DNA of 64,000 nucleotides, taken from the NCBI RefSeq assembly GCF_009914755.1, contig NC_060926.1; one strand, 5' to 3'. Positions within the stretch are counted from its first letter, which is position 1. Each line of letters begins with the position of its first letter. This DNA comes from the human T2T-CHM13v2.0 reference genome, Homo sapiens. The notes below the pieces were generated by a model. The model saw only the letters and a list, made by a program, of their open reading frames with translations, made no database searches and had not been told where the DNA came from. This document shows, piece after piece, positions 1 through 13,476 of the stretch. Both the position numbers and the translations under genes were made by a program.

Positions 1-746
1 AAAGAAGAGGTTTTTTAAGAAAAAAAAAAAAAAGTTTTTAAAGGTAGAGTAATACAGAGTCCTAAAACAGGGACAACATAGGTGGAAGTAAACTTTCTTG
101 ATCTGTGATCTTGGGAAAAGTGTCTACTTTGAAGAAATACCATCTAAAGGTCACCTGTAGGGGTGATTTTCCAATTCTCTTGAGAGTGCTTAGCAGGATC
201 TGGCTTGGTGTGACTTGCATGAACGAGGAGTTGTTTTATTTTACTTTGATGGTAGTGTAAGTAGTCAGCAGTACTTCACATGGACCTTCCAGTGAGGTGA
301 CAGTGCTTGCCTTCTTTTAAAAACCTTTGTGTACACATCATCTCCTGGTCAAAAAGCATGGCAAGTCTTGTCAGTTGGTGGAGATCACACCCTTTTTATC
401 TGTTGATGATAAGCTCCAAATATATTAGTGCCCGTATATAGCTAGTCATAGCATCAAATTGTTCACAGGTCCCCATAGTGCTCATTCAACCCAGGAATGG
501 AAGATTTAGAGATGCCACCCAAACACTATTTCAAAAGGGGTAATCCATGTCTTTTATTCTGAGTATTCTAAATTTCTATAAGGGCCAGAGGTAATGCTTC
601 TGGCCCTTTAATTCTGGTGTCTAGACAGACTTTTCTCAAATTCCATTTAATGTTTAAATTTTTATGCTCCACTTGCCCTGGGGATCGGGAATGGTATGGG
701 TTATGAAATTTGGAGTACCCTAGAGTGGTTGCAGGCAAGTCGTTTA

Positions 747-1127
<381 letters not shown>

Positions 1128-1983
1128 TTATGAATGTTTGCACCACACTGTGGCATCAGAACAGGAAGTGGGACAGCATTCAGTCCATTCACTAAACATA
1201 GACAATAGCCAAACTGAGAATAGCCTAAAGCTGGAGGTCAACCTATGGAATCCACTTGGACTGCTGCAAGGGAAAGTGTGGGCCTTCCTGAAGAAGGGTG
1301 CTTTCCTCCAGAGCTTTGGTGAGATTTGCAAGTAATGCATTGGGAAATAATTTGGTCAGAAATTTTGTAAATCTTAGAGAAAAAACAATTATTGTTTAGT
1401 TCCTTAACTGACGCCCCTCTGCAAACCAACAGGTTAAAAGAAATGGGCCATGAAAGGTCTATCTTTGGAGCATATGCTTATTAATAATATTAGTCAGGGA
1501 TAAAGGCAACTTAATAAATTGTGTGGAAAATGAATACAGGGGTTCATTTTGGGCTGTGTACTTGGCAGCCTTGTGTTCCCTATCATTCCCTAAAGATATA
1601 GTATTAGTCTCCTTAGTGTGGGCCAGAAAATGAGCAATAGCAATTAAATAGGAAGATGAATAGCATGTTTATTACAGGCAGCAATTACACATTCATTGGC
1701 AATAGGAGTGCCAGTGGAGGTTAAGAATCTACAGGCTTCCTAGATTTTGCTGGCAGCATGACAGACTCTGAAAGTGTATCTGGAGTCAGTATAAATAATG
1801 GCAGTTTTTATTTTTTGTCAGTGTGCAAGCTCTAGTAAAAGCTTTAAATTCAGCAGATTGGCCAGATTCAAGGCAAAGGGTATGTCTCTAGGGCTGCATG
1901 CAGGGAAACTATGGCATAGCCATTTATGCTGTTCCCCTTAAAATTTCATTTATGAGAGCCATCATAAAATAGAAATCTGGGTT

Positions 1984-2676
1984 TGTTACAGGTAGTTAGA
2001 TAAGGCAACGAGTGGGGCAGGAGAGGGCTCTCCCCCCACCCACTAGAAATGTCAGGTGATTGTTCAATGATTATCACACTTCCTCTCTAACAGTGATAAT
2101 TTGGCAGCCAGGGAGAGGCCATTTCTTCATAGTCTACACCTGCTGAAATCAAAATATTAATTGAGTGTAGGCCCCAGTGAGAAGAAACTTCCTGGGCATG
2201 CACATTAAGAGACAAAAATGACAAAGTATATTCTGGGTACACTCCACGAGAAAAGGAAGAAAGCCTCAGATGGGCATGTGTATAACCTCCTAAACACAAC
2301 GAGCTGTTCAATTCCAAAGGGTACAGAGAGCACTGAGCATGCAGGAAACTCGCCCTACGGGAAGAATCATGGGAGAGACACAAGCCTATAGAGTCCAAAG
2401 ATCAATGTTAAATGCATTTTTTGCTCTCCTTTTCTCTCTTTGACTTTCAGGCGCCCACTAGGATCTCTTCCAAGGGTTCTTTCCTTTCTTTCCTGTTCTA
2501 AAGCCTGTTTAGTAAACTTCCATTCCTGCTGTGAAACTTGCCTTGGTCTCTTTTTCTGCTTTATGCCCCTCAGTCAAATTCTTTCTTCTGAGGAGGCAAG
2601 GACTGAAGTTGCTATGGACCCATACAGATATGCCACGGCTAACTCGGGATAACTCGGATCTCTGCCACTGCTAACA
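1984..2676 (+). mobile_element. Solo ERV1 LTR (MER50-like) inserted in the ERV pol region
   Basis: TGTTA...TAACA termini with a near-perfect 4-bp TSD (ggtt/tgtt); pol sequence resumes on both sides. Family name is from memory. Confidence 0.7.
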
Positions 2677-3700
2677 TGTTGTCTAAAGGAGTGTCTGAGA
2701 GACCCTCTTGTGGCTTTGAAGCCATTTCTATAGCTGCTAGGCAATCCTGTGGAATGGGATGAAGATGTCCGTCATCAGGGAGGGTAGGAGCATAGCAGGA
2801 TTTAAGGGATTTAAGGTGCTACGAAGATGTAAGATAATAGAGGGATTGATTAATAGGACTATTCATATGTAGTGTGTCTTCGTGTGGAGAGGTGCTGTGC
2901 CTTAGGAACTTGTAAGAGCAGAGAGAGTGTGGGGAACACAGAGGCAAATGGGGGAGCCTAATGTAAACGTGGTGGCTTTAGCAATTAGGGGGCAGCTGCT
3001 GACACTGCACGTGGGCATGGGAGCATGGCTGCTGCCACAGGATCCACTTGGCATGAGAAATATGCTACAGGGCATATCTGAGAGGCAAAAGGCTGGCCTA
3101 GAAAACTTGCAGTAATCCCATTATCTTCATGACAATATAGGTGAAAAGGTTTATCAAAATTAGGTAAGCCTGGGGTGGGGCGGGCAGGGGTGTAGACAAT
3201 GCTAACTTCAAGGCTTCAAAGGAAGTTAATGCCTCTAAGGACCAGAGGATGGGCTCTTGACTGGCATGTGGGGAGAAAGCATACAGTGGTTTGGCAATAG
3301 CAGCAGAATTAGGAATTCAGTGCTAGCAACAGCTAGCTACCCCTAAAATTTGCCTAGCTGCTTTACCAAATTGGCTTTAAGGATCTGAGATAATATCAAC
3401 GGGAGTCACAATATCCCTGATGCATGTATGTCCATGCTAATTGTCCCCCTCTAAATGTAAGGCAAAGAGAAAGCCAGAGGCAATTTCTGCCCATTGTGGA
3501 AGCTCAGGCCTATCACAGAAATACAGATGTCCAGGAGGGATAGGGAGAGCCAGAGATTTGAGAGAGCAAGAGAGAAGGGGGAAATGCCCCAGGACTGAGG
3601 CTAGGGAGAGAGGCAAGGAGCACTGTGGTCATGATGGCTCCCTCCAGTCTTTCTGGGTGTGCCCCAGGGGTTGAAAAGAAGCCCAACCCCTCAGCACCAG

Positions 3701-4569
3701 TGAGAGACAGGACTAGCTGGATTTCCTAGGCCAACTAAGAATTCCTAAGCCTAGCTGGGGAAGGTGACTACACCCACCTTTAAACATGGGGCTTGTAACT
3801 CAGTTCACACCCAACCAATCAGGTAGTAAAGAGAGCTCACTAAAATACCACTTAGGCTAAAAGCAGGAGGTAAAGAAATAATCAAATCATTTATTGCCTG
3901 AGAGCACAGCGGGAGGGACAATGATCAGGATATAAACCCAGGCATTCAGGCCGGTGGCGGCAACCCCCTTTGGGTCCTCTCCCCTTCTATGGGAGCTCTG
4001 TCTTCACTCTATTAAATCTTGCAACTGCACACTCTTCTGGTCTGTGTTTGTTCCTGCTTGAGCTGAGCTTTCGCTCACCGTCGGCCACTGCGGATCGTCC
4101 CCATTGCAGACCCACCATTGACTTCCACCCCTGTCGATCTGGCAGGGTGTTCGCTGCGCTTCTGGTCCAGTGAGGCGCCCACTGCCGCTCCCGATGCTGA
4201 TCGTCGCCATTGCAGACCCACTGTTGACTTCCACCCCTGTCGATCTGGCAGGGTGTTTGCTGCGCTTCTGATCCAGTGAGGCGCCCACTGCTGCTCCCGA
4301 TTGGGCTAGAGGCTCACTGTTGTTCCTGCACAGCTAAGTGCCCGGATTCGTTCTAATCAAGCTGAATACTACTCGCTGGGTTCCATGGTTCTCTGCCCTG
4401 ACCCATGGCTTCTAATAGAGCTATAACACTCACCGCATGGCCCAAGGTTCCATTCCTTGGAATCCGTGAGGCCAAGAACCCCAGGTCAGAGAACAAAAGG
4501 CTTGCCGCCATCTTGGGAGCGGCCTGCCGCCATCTTGGGAGCTCTAAAATCAAAGACCAGCCTGTAACA
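3701..4569 (+). mobile_element. Solo LTR17 (HERV-W) with an internal ~106-bp tandem duplication
   Basis: Starts tgagagacaggactagctggatttcctagg and ends gtaaca; 4-bp TSD ccag (3697-3700 and 4570-4573); TATA-like gatataaa near 3930. Confidence 0.9.
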
Positions 4570-4709
4570 CCAGCATTCCCAGCCTGACAAAGATCCCAGG
4601 TCCAGACTGGACACCCACCCTTAGAGCCTCCAGACCAGAAGAGGCCACGTGCTTAAGATGGCTGATGTATCTGCAGAGAGAAGAAGGGCCTCCCCGAGGC
4701 TTTGGTGCA

Positions 4710-6135
4710 ACAAAAGAACTGAGAGAAGAACTTTTATCTGAAGAATGTGAGTTTTTTAAAATTATCAGGCCAAAAGGGACATTAAAATGAGAGAGCAATC
4801 ACCTCTGGCGTTCCCCTTGAGCTACGTGTTCACCCCTTGAAACTTCTTGCTGTTGCCACGATAAAGGGGACCAGCTCCTCCACGTGGACCTGCGGGTGTT
4901 TCTCATCAGGTGGAACAAGAGACTGAGAAAAGAAATAAGAGACAGAGACAAAGTATAGAGAAAGAAAAGCGGGCCCAGGGGACCGGCGCACAGCATACGG
5001 AGGACCCGCACCAGCACTGGTCTCTGAGTTCCCTCAGTATTTATTGATCATTATCTCTACCATCTTGGAGAGGGGGATGCGGCAGGACAATAGGGTAATA
5101 GTGGGGAGACGGTCAGCAGGAAAACATGTGAACAAAGGTCTCTGTGTCAGAAACAAGGTTAAGAAAGGTGCTGTGCCTTGATGTGCACATACATAAACAT
5201 CTCGGTGCATTAAAGAGCAGTATTGCCACCAGCATGTCTCACCTCCAGCCGTAAGGTGGTTTTCTCCTATCTCAGTAAATGGAACTTACAATCGGGTTTT
5301 ACACTGAGACATTCCATTGCCCAGGGACGAGCAGGAGACAGATGCCTTCCTCTTATCTCAACTGCAAAGAGGCCTTCCTCTTTTACTAATCCTCCTCAGC
5401 ACAGACCCTTTACGGGTGTCGGGCTGGGGGACGGTCAGGTCTTTCCCTTCCCACGAGGCCATATCTCAGGCTATCACATGGGGAGAAACCTTGGACAATA
5501 CCTGGCTTTCCTAGGCAGAGGTCCCTGCGGCCTTCCTCAGTGTACTGTGTCCCTGGGTACTTGAGATTAGTGAGTGGTGATGACTTTTAACAAGCATACT
5601 GCCTTCAAGCACTTGTTTAACAAAGCACATCCTGCATAGCCCTAAATCCATTAAACCTTGAGTCAACACAGCACATGCCTCTGCGAGCACAGGGTTGGCG
5701 CTAGGGTTACAGATTAACAGCATCTCAAGGCAGAAGAATTTTTCTTAGTACAGAACGAAATGGAGTCTCTTATGTCTACTTCTTTCTACACAGACACAGT
5801 AACAGTCTGATCTCTCTTTCTTTTTCCCCACACCACGAGTAGTTGTAAATTAGCCTAATAATACCATGCCAGACACTGCAACCACGTGCTATAGCTTCAC
5901 AATATATAGCAAATCACTAATCCGTGTTATTTCTATAATCCAGTGAGAATTCCTAACAAACAGCTTTTATCAGCCACTTCCTGTCCCTCTTTTTTCCTTT
6001 AAAAACCCACTAGTAACTGCTGCTCATTGAAATGCATATTCGGGGCAACTTGAATCTATACTCCAGTATAGCAGTCCTCAAGCTTGGCCCAAATAAACGG
6101 TCTTCTTATGTGTGTTTTGCCTTTTAGGTTGATCC
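4710..6135 (+). mobile_element. Older ERV LTR split in two by the LTR5 insertion
   Basis: LTR-like sequence on both sides of LTR5 (cttttatctgaagaatgtgag...; ...aagcttggcccaaataaac); family not determined. Confidence 0.55.
4862..5832 (-). mobile_element. Solo LTR5 (HERV-K HML-2; LTR5B-like)
   Basis: Minus strand begins TGTGGGGAAAAAGAAAGAGAGATCAGACTGTTACTGTG; about 970 bp; perfect 6-bp TSD ccacga (4856-4861 and 5833-5838), the size typical of HML-2. Confidence 0.92.
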
Positions 6136-6321
6136 AACTATGGGGACTTGGCCATAAAAATGACTTGAAACACACAAATGTCTGAGGTTAGGTTTTTTTT
6201 TTTTTTTTTTTTTTTTAAACCAGTGCAGCAGGATGGAGTTGAATGGCAAAATTAGAGTGATTTCATAAAGCAAAATATGTCAGATTTTTTTGCTCTCCTG
6301 AGTACATGGTTCACACCCTAT

Positions 6322-6806
6322 TGTTAGGAATAACGCTCAAAATCCTAAAGAAATTGAACACTCGAACAAAGGATTCTTAGCAAAGCAATTTTACCTCCGT
6401 GCAGAGGGGTGCCTCCTTGGCCAGTTGCCATGGCAGCACACCTGAACAAAGGGCACGAGAGCCTTTATTCCTGATGCAAGTCCTGCCCCTGTACCCTTTC
6501 CCCACTGGCCAGGGTCCGGTCATACAATCTAAACTAATCCCAGTTGGCTAAACATTTGAATTTTTTTTAGATAAGATGGGCACATAAAAGAAAGTGGAGA
6601 GGAAGGGGAAGGGGTGTCTGTAATGAACTAGAAAGTTAGTCCTCTTTCCAAATAAGGAAAGGAATGTGAGCTGGTACTGATAACGCCTGGTACTGTGGCG
6701 TGCCTGGGCATCTAACAAAGGCAAAAAGGAAAAAAGGTTGGGGGAGGGGTACTATGAATTAAAGAATAAAAGATTGATCAGATTATTTGAAGAGAAACCT
6801 CATCAT
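6322..6806 (-). mobile_element. LTR10-like ERV1 LTR, 5' terminus clipped
   Basis: tgttaggaataacgctcaaaatcctaaagaaattgaacactcg...gattatttgaagagaaacctcatcat matches the recalled LTR10C-type consensus. Confidence 0.7.
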
Positions 6807-6856
6807 GAGGCACCGTCTTGACGGCAGCACCTTACGTGTGCCAGTCCAGCATCACA

Positions 6857-7300
6857 CTGTAGCCTGGAAAAAAACTGAGGCAGGGCTTATACAATGAATA
6901 ATTCATTTGAGCCAAATTTAAATGCTATCGCCTGGGAAATACTTCCAAGTTAACTTGGGAAGTGTTCCAGAGAACAAAAGAGAGGCTGAGGCTTTGGAAA
7001 CAAAAAAATATATGACAAATCAGGAGAGGGCTCAATTACAAAAGTTGTTTTTCAGCCATTCCAGTTGGTGTGATCATCTCTAGAGCAGTCTCGGAAGTCA
7101 GGGTATTGCTTGTCAGTGAAAAAGGCGGTCTGTAGTCAGGGACCTCCTAGCTCAGCAGAAGGCAGGCAGCTGGAGTTCTGGCCGTCATGCATTCTTCCCT
7201 TAAGGCGTGCCTGTGGCTCAGCTGAAATGGCCTTCCTGCTCCATTTTAGGTGCCTTTACCAAACCAGTGTCATTTTCCTTCCTCCACACTTTTGTTCACA
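6857..7300. mobile_element. Old MER4-group LTR fragment
   Basis: Resembles MER31/MER101-type LTRs (tttgagccaaattt...cttccaagttaacttggg); weak recall only. Confidence 0.4.
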
Positions 7301-7383
7301 GAGCACCTTGAGATAGCTCAGTTGATCCTCCATTATTGATCTCAAAGATTAAGGGGCCTGTTGAAACTCATTTGAGATTCACA

Positions 7384-7780
7384 CAGTGATGTGCTGGTGT
7401 ATGTGTAACAACCAGCTCTCCAAAAACAATTGTATATACATATATATGCATACATTCATTGTAAAACATTTTTGATATGAGGAATGTATGCCACACTACT
7501 TACAAATAATAATAAAGTAGACAATACTCTTAGTTGTAAATTCCATATTGCCATTTGATTCTCAAAGAACGCTTTTGTTAATTCTTGACAAATTATTGTT
7601 TCTGTAGCCAACCTATGGGTACAATTGACAAATAAGAATAGTTCCAATATAAATGATAGTTGATATTTTCCTTTAAAGAAAAACAATGCATACATATGTC
7701 ACAACTTTACTCATCCATCCATAACATGAGCAACTTTTTTGCTGAATCGGATAATGGTTTTTAAATTTTGAAAGAATATT
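7384..7780. mobile_element. hAT DNA transposon fragment (MER63/Blackjack-like)
   Basis: Terminus cagtgatgtgctggt...aacaaccagctctcc followed by an AT-rich body. Confidence 0.5.
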
Positions 7781-8722
7781 CAAAATAGCAGAATCTGAAA
7801 GCATCCCAGACCACAAATTTGCCCTCTTTAGAGTAATTTTCAACACTTAGAATGCAGATACAGATCACGCTTCATATAAACCACAACAGTTTATCTGGTT
7901 TGTCAGTGTGCAGATGAGAACCACAACTATTGTTTTCCAAAGAAGAGGGCTTCCAGACGTTCATGATGAGGGCTGCTAATTCACCCTAGTGTGTAACCTA
8001 TGCAAGACCTCAGAAAGGGTGAGACAATACTGAATCGGTGAAATGTCACCTCTTCTGACCAGAATTGTGGCTCTGTGCAGAAATCAAGCTGGAGGGTGGG
8101 TTTATCTTCAAATCAACTCATTTCCTGGCGGCAGTTAGTGACGGTAAGGACACAGAAGAAAGATGGGTTTAATGGGTATACTAATTTCAGATTTATTTCT
8201 GCTGATTTTGCAAAGCTATGTTTTGTTTTGTTTTGTTTTTTATTTTTTGAGATAACCTCTTCTCTGTGGGAAGAGAAGTTTCGCATTCTGTTTGGCACAG
8301 CAGCAACTGCCCCAGGATACTGCAAATTCCTGAAACCAAAGCTGGAACCAGTTCAGAAGGAACAGGGACCTTGAAGGTATGGATAAGGTGATGGGGCACA
8401 GCGCTGACGTGCTTAACTAGTGGGGATTCGTGGGGTTGGATATCTGGATTTTTAAGAAGTTTCCAAGGGGATTCAAATGTATATCCAAGGATAATAATCT
8501 CGTCCGTGTGTTTAAAATCACAGGCTTTAAAGACAGACAGGCCTGAATTTGGTTACATCTTGGCCTCACAATAGAAAAGTGATTTAGGGAAATGATGCAA
8601 TCTCTTCATCCATAACATGGAGTTCATAATAACAGACACTTCACAGAATGATTGATGGAGCAGAGGAAGTAATGTTCATATGATGTCTGGAAGAAAGCAA
8701 GCCCCCAAGAAATGATTGTCAT

Positions 8723-9047
8723 TGAGACAGCCAGGTGGAAAGGGGTCCGCAGAGAAACTCCAACCTGCCTGCACACTGGGGTGGAGTTACAGAAGTTCGC
8801 ACTGTTTGCAGCGGGGAGGAGCCTGGCCCCTCCTCTTCCTGGGTGGAAACTGGGATTCGATCTGCAAGGCAGGAAGCGCACCAGCAGGGACTCCAGCTTC
8901 GTGGAGGGTCTCTGTTTCCCATTTTTCCCCTTTTTGTCCAATAAGCTCCTTTTTTCTCACTCTTCAAAGTGTCTGCAAGCCTAATCTCTCATGACCTTGT
9001 GACAACAGCCTGGCTCTTAGCTGAACTAAGGAAAAAGTCCTACAACA
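8723..9047 (+). mobile_element. Solo MER61 LTR (ERV1)
   Basis: tgagacagccaggtggaaaggggtcc...gctgaactaaggaaaaagtcctacaaca; 4-bp TSD tcat/tcgt. Confidence 0.8.
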
Positions 9048-9245
9048 TCGTCATGACCATCACCATTATCATCATTGCTGTTATCACCTTCATCACCATC
9101 ACCATCATATCAGCAACATGATCATCAACACCATCATCACCACCACCACCACCATCACCATTATCTTCATCATCACCATCATGTCATCATCACCAATCAC
9201 CATCACCAATATCATCACCATCATCCAACATCATCACCACCACAA
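9048..9245 (+). repeat. Imperfect (CAT/CAC)n trinucleotide repeat
   Basis: catcaccatcaccatcat... seen directly. Confidence 0.9.
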
Positions 9246-9565
9246 TGACCGTATGACTTGAAATGGCCAGGGTCCTTCCCTGATTCTCACTGTCCCCTTC
9301 TGAAGTCAGGGCTCACACATCAAAAGCTAAAAAAACAAAAACAAAAACAAAAAACAGTTCCTGCTTCCCAAGCCCATTAGATTCAGACATCCTTAATTTG
9401 TTGGAGCAGTTGCCTTAACAAAAAGCCATCCATCCACTGGACATCTGCCATAAGCTCACCAGTTTTTGCTTTATGTGTGGAGTGGGAACCAGATTTTATC
9501 AGTGCTAACACGGAAGCCGCACCTAGGAGTGATTAAAAGGGAAGTAGGAAATGCAGCCAGACAGC

Positions 9566-9692
9566 CGCCTGCAGCCCTAGCTGCCCTCCCTTGGAATCTG
9601 GGAGAGGTCTGAGTATCAGGTCAGGTCTGAGTTTTATAAATGGGCCTGAAACTGCCCTTGGCTTTGAGGTTCTGACAGGTAACTTGGCCGGG
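9566..9692 (+). repeat. 127-bp dispersed direct repeat, copy 1
   Basis: Matches 11143-11269 at 122/127 positions by hand alignment. Confidence 0.95.
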
Positions 9693-11142
9693 TCTTCTTC
9701 TCTTGAGGCCTTGTGTTGGTGAGCCCCCTGCTCCACAGACCTGCCTTAGCCAGGCAGACTTGGCTCCCAGCCTCCCTTTCCACACTACAAATTGAGTTTT
9801 AATTGGCAATTCTTATCTATTATTAAGAACAATTACATGAATTCCCAGGAATTTTTTTACCAAGTAGATAAAAATAGATACACCTGGGTTCTTTTTGGGA
9901 TGGTAAACTTACTTGATGCAGTGCAGCAGATGGGGCCATGCTGATTGGCAAGGCAGAGGCCAGGCCTTTGTGGGATGCACAGCACAGAGACGGTATTTCT
10001 CCTGCCCCTTCGTTCTTTACCAGGATGCCTTTTGGAGTGCATTCCAGCGGGGAGGCTAGGTCTGGGGCTCACTTCCGGCCTCCATCTGAGAGCCGGGAGA
10101 CCGGGGCAGGTGTTGGGATGGCCAGTCCAAAGAGGGTCCTGGGCCTGACAGCTGATTAAACACCCACGTGGGTGACAGCAAGAATAGGGGACCCTGTACT
10201 CTTCTCAGCATGTCTCTCACTGCGTGACCTGGAGCACATGACCTTACCTCTCTGCCTCTATTTATCCACTGGAAAATGAGGAGCTTGTCCCAGACCAGTG
10301 GTTCCTCAAACTGTGTTCTTTGAACCCTGGGGGCTGTGAATGGGACTTGCAGGGGCTGCTTATGGAGGAAGTTCAGCACAGCAGGGGTCCCTGGGCCCCC
10401 ACATGCCTTCAAGCCAAACAGAGCTGCTCCACTCAGATCTGCTTTGTTTACGAGGAGTCTATATCAACCTGAAAAATAAACTTCTGCGGCTAACAGAGTT
10501 GTTGTGCTGGGGCATCTCTCACCCCTTCCCTGAGAACTCACTAGGTTCCTACCATATGCCAGGCACCATGCTAGGCACTGGGGCCACAGAGGACAGACCA
10601 ACCCGGTCCCTTCCCTCCTGGGCTTGGAGTCCAGTGGAGAAAGACGGACAATCTGTAAACAAACAAATAAGATGAATAATGGTGGGACTGAGTGCAAGTG
10701 GAGAATTAAAACAACGTGGTAGACCCTTAAGCAGAACTCTGAGATGGTCCTTAGTGGGTGAGGAGCAGAGGGGCAGTGTTATGGTTGGCCATGGGATGAG
10801 GGAGAGTCCCACAGCTGAGGTCCAGCCACCAGTGTCCCTGTGTCTCAGAGCGGCCATCTCTGGGCAAATGCAGGGGCCTCTACATTTGAGTCCGGAAGGT
10901 CCCTGGGGAGCGGGCCACAGTGAGCATTGAACCATAGTCTTCACCCCACCACTGGAAGTGTGTTGAGTCAGCATGGGCTCAACTCAACCCCACACAGACC
11001 AGCTTCCACCACTGGCTCGCAGGGGCACCTCATGCAGGTCACTGTTCTCCCTGCATTCACAAAGAGGACACCGCTAGGCAGGGTTGCATGTGGGAAGAGG
11101 CCAAGAACAGGGCCTGGCCCACAGTGGGGCCACATAATTGCT

Positions 11143-11269
11143 CGCCTGCAGCCCTAGCTGCCCTCCCTTGGAATCTGGGAGAGGTCTGAGTATCAGGTCA
11201 GGTCTGAGTTTCAGAAACGGGCCTGAAACCGCCCCTGGCTTTGAGGTTCTGACAGGTAACTTGGCCGGG
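11143..11269 (+). repeat. 127-bp dispersed direct repeat, copy 2
   Basis: Matches 9566-9692; both copies carry CAG|GTAACT near their 3' end. Confidence 0.95.
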
Positions 11270-11837
11270 ATACAGGTGTTCATCATTGCTTCCTGGGGGC
11301 TAGTCCGGGACCTTTAAGTCAAGCCCTTAGGGACATGAGTCAGACTTTGGCATCTCTGCCTCCCCCTCACAGCCCCTCTATTCTGCAGGCAAACAGCAGG
11401 TGCCCAATAAATGCCCAGGGCATTGAAAGGTGAATGAGTAATGATGCTGAGTGTGCCTGTGCAGGCGGGCCCCACTCAGAGGACTCCTCCTTTAGCCCTC
11501 CCACAGTCTAGCAGGTGGGCTGTCCCAGCACCGCTGCTTGCCAGGCAAGGAAATTGAGACAGCAAAACAGTAAGTTATTTCCCAGACCCCATAGCCGGCA
11601 AGTTCCCAGGGGACTGGAGCCTGGCAGTCTGGCTCTTCTGGAAGGACAGGGCAGGAGAGCAGAACACAGAACACGTCTCCCCTCTCTCTTCTGATGCTCT
11701 CAGGGAGGTCACATTTCCCTGGGGCCCTGGGAGAATCCTGGGTCAGATTACAGCAGCACAGGTCACCTGCTCCAGCCCAGACAGGCCCAGGATCTGGCCC
11801 ATCCACTGGCCCGGCCCTTCCTGGCCACCACTGTAGC

Positions 11838-11895
11838 ATGTCACAGCCTGGGCTCTGGGTGGGCCTGGTCCCTCTCCTGGTTGCTGCCACTGCAG
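11838..11895 (+). pseudogene. Exon 1 (coding part): signal peptide MSQPGLWVGLVPLLVAATA-G
   Basis: ATG with A at -3; 19 mostly hydrophobic codons ending A-T-A; consensus phase-1 donor CAG|GTGAGT. Confidence 0.75.
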
Positions 11896-12452
11896 GTGAG
11901 TCAACAGCGAGACAACACAGTAACACCCTGCACAGGGCCTAGAGCCTACACCTGCCTTCTCTGTCAGCCTCATCAGCTCTATGCAGTGAGGACGCAAGGC
12001 TGAGAGAGGTAAATTGCTTGGCTGAGGGCATGCCTCCAGTAAGGATCAGGTCCAGGTAGGAAACCAAGACATAGCCTTCACTGCTGCTGGGGAGGTGCCT
12101 GAGGATGGGGCGGGAGGGGGCACATGCTCACCAGCCTCCCCTTTCTGGGTTTCTCTGACCCACCCTCTGTTCCTCGTCTTCAGGCTTCAGCTCTCATCCC
12201 TGACCCAAGGGAGGCATTTCCCACACAGCTTTCCTCCCTTCCGGGGCTCTCAGGGATGGCGCCCTCCCTCCACCCACTCTGAACCTTTTCTGGAGCCCCT
12301 GAATCCCATGCAGCCTCAAGAGGTTCCTGATGCCCTAATGGATGTTAGCTTTTCTCTGTGAATTGTCTGTCTCCTTTCCTTGGGAGGGAGCAAGGCTGGG
12401 CTTCACATGACACAAGTACTAGGATTTTGCTTTGTCAAAGGAATGCATATGA

Positions 12453-12453
<1 letters not shown>

Positions 12454-12503
<50 letters not shown>
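12454..12503 (+). repeat. (TG)n microsatellite
   Basis: About 24 TG units. Confidence 0.97.
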
Positions 12504-12508
<5 letters not shown>

Positions 12509-13476
12509 GTATTTTCCACTTATTGCCTATAATTCAGAGGTAGGTATCGTGTCCCAATTTTGCAAGTGATAAATCAGTCTGAGAGAAGTTGCTAACTTGC
12601 CCAAGGTCACACTGCAAGTGGGTGGTAGAGCTGGGATTTCAGCCAGATCTGTCTGTCTGTCCCCAAAGCCTGCGGCTTCCCCACTGGAACCTGGAGCCTC
12701 TCAAGGCCTCCAGAAGGATTTGCTGAGCAGTTTCAAGATAAAGCTCAGTCAGCCCTCGCTTGGTCTTCAGTCCCGAAGGAGGCCACAAGCTGCCTTCGTG
12801 CCCAGCACAGGTTTGGTTTGCGTGAGTGGCTGAGGATGAGGCAGGAGCCCACACCAAGCTTCCTGACTTGCCAAGGGCACAGACAGGGGCTTGGATGCAC
12901 TGCACCCGCACCCAGGCCAGCCCTCCCTCCAGGGCTTCAGGGTAGCTTTGTGAGGTCACTCAACTGCTTTGGGTCTCAGCCTCCCCAGGTGTAAATGAGA
13001 GTGTTTCTGTGCCAGGAGATGAAATGTCAGCTCCACTATTCTATGATGTTGATTGCAAGGCGCCCTGAGCTCCTGGAAACTCTAGGAGGTGATGATGATA
13101 ACTGAGCCCCTGTGGCTTCCTCCCAGCTTAGGTTACCAGGCTCCTGGGCCTCACAGCCAGCCTGTGGCCTGTGTTACATGACCTCTCTGCTTTTCTCTCC
13201 CTGCAATTCATGCCAGCTGTGTCCTGAGCAGCCGACCTCGGCACCAGCCACCACGTCCCGTGTCCTCAGCGCAGGCTTGCTGTTACAGCTGTCACGAATT
13301 GCAGTGTTGGGCTGAAGTCACACCAATGGAGATGGCCAGCTCAGAGGGGCCTTCTGCAGAGATGAACGGGAAGCAGGGCTCTCATACAGGCTCTTCACTC
13401 TTTGCAGGAACGGCTATCCCCTTCCCCCAAGGTGGAGCTGACAGCCACTGCCTGTGCCTTGTTGTCTGCCTGGCAG

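Noticed and set aside
6694-6716. p53-like site in the LTR10-like element (tggcgtgcctgggcatctaa)
   Set aside because: Both half-sites break the CWWG core.
9048-9245. Poly-His coding tract or CRISPR-like array
   Set aside because: A simple trinucleotide repeat in eukaryotic DNA, with no ORF context or spacer structure.
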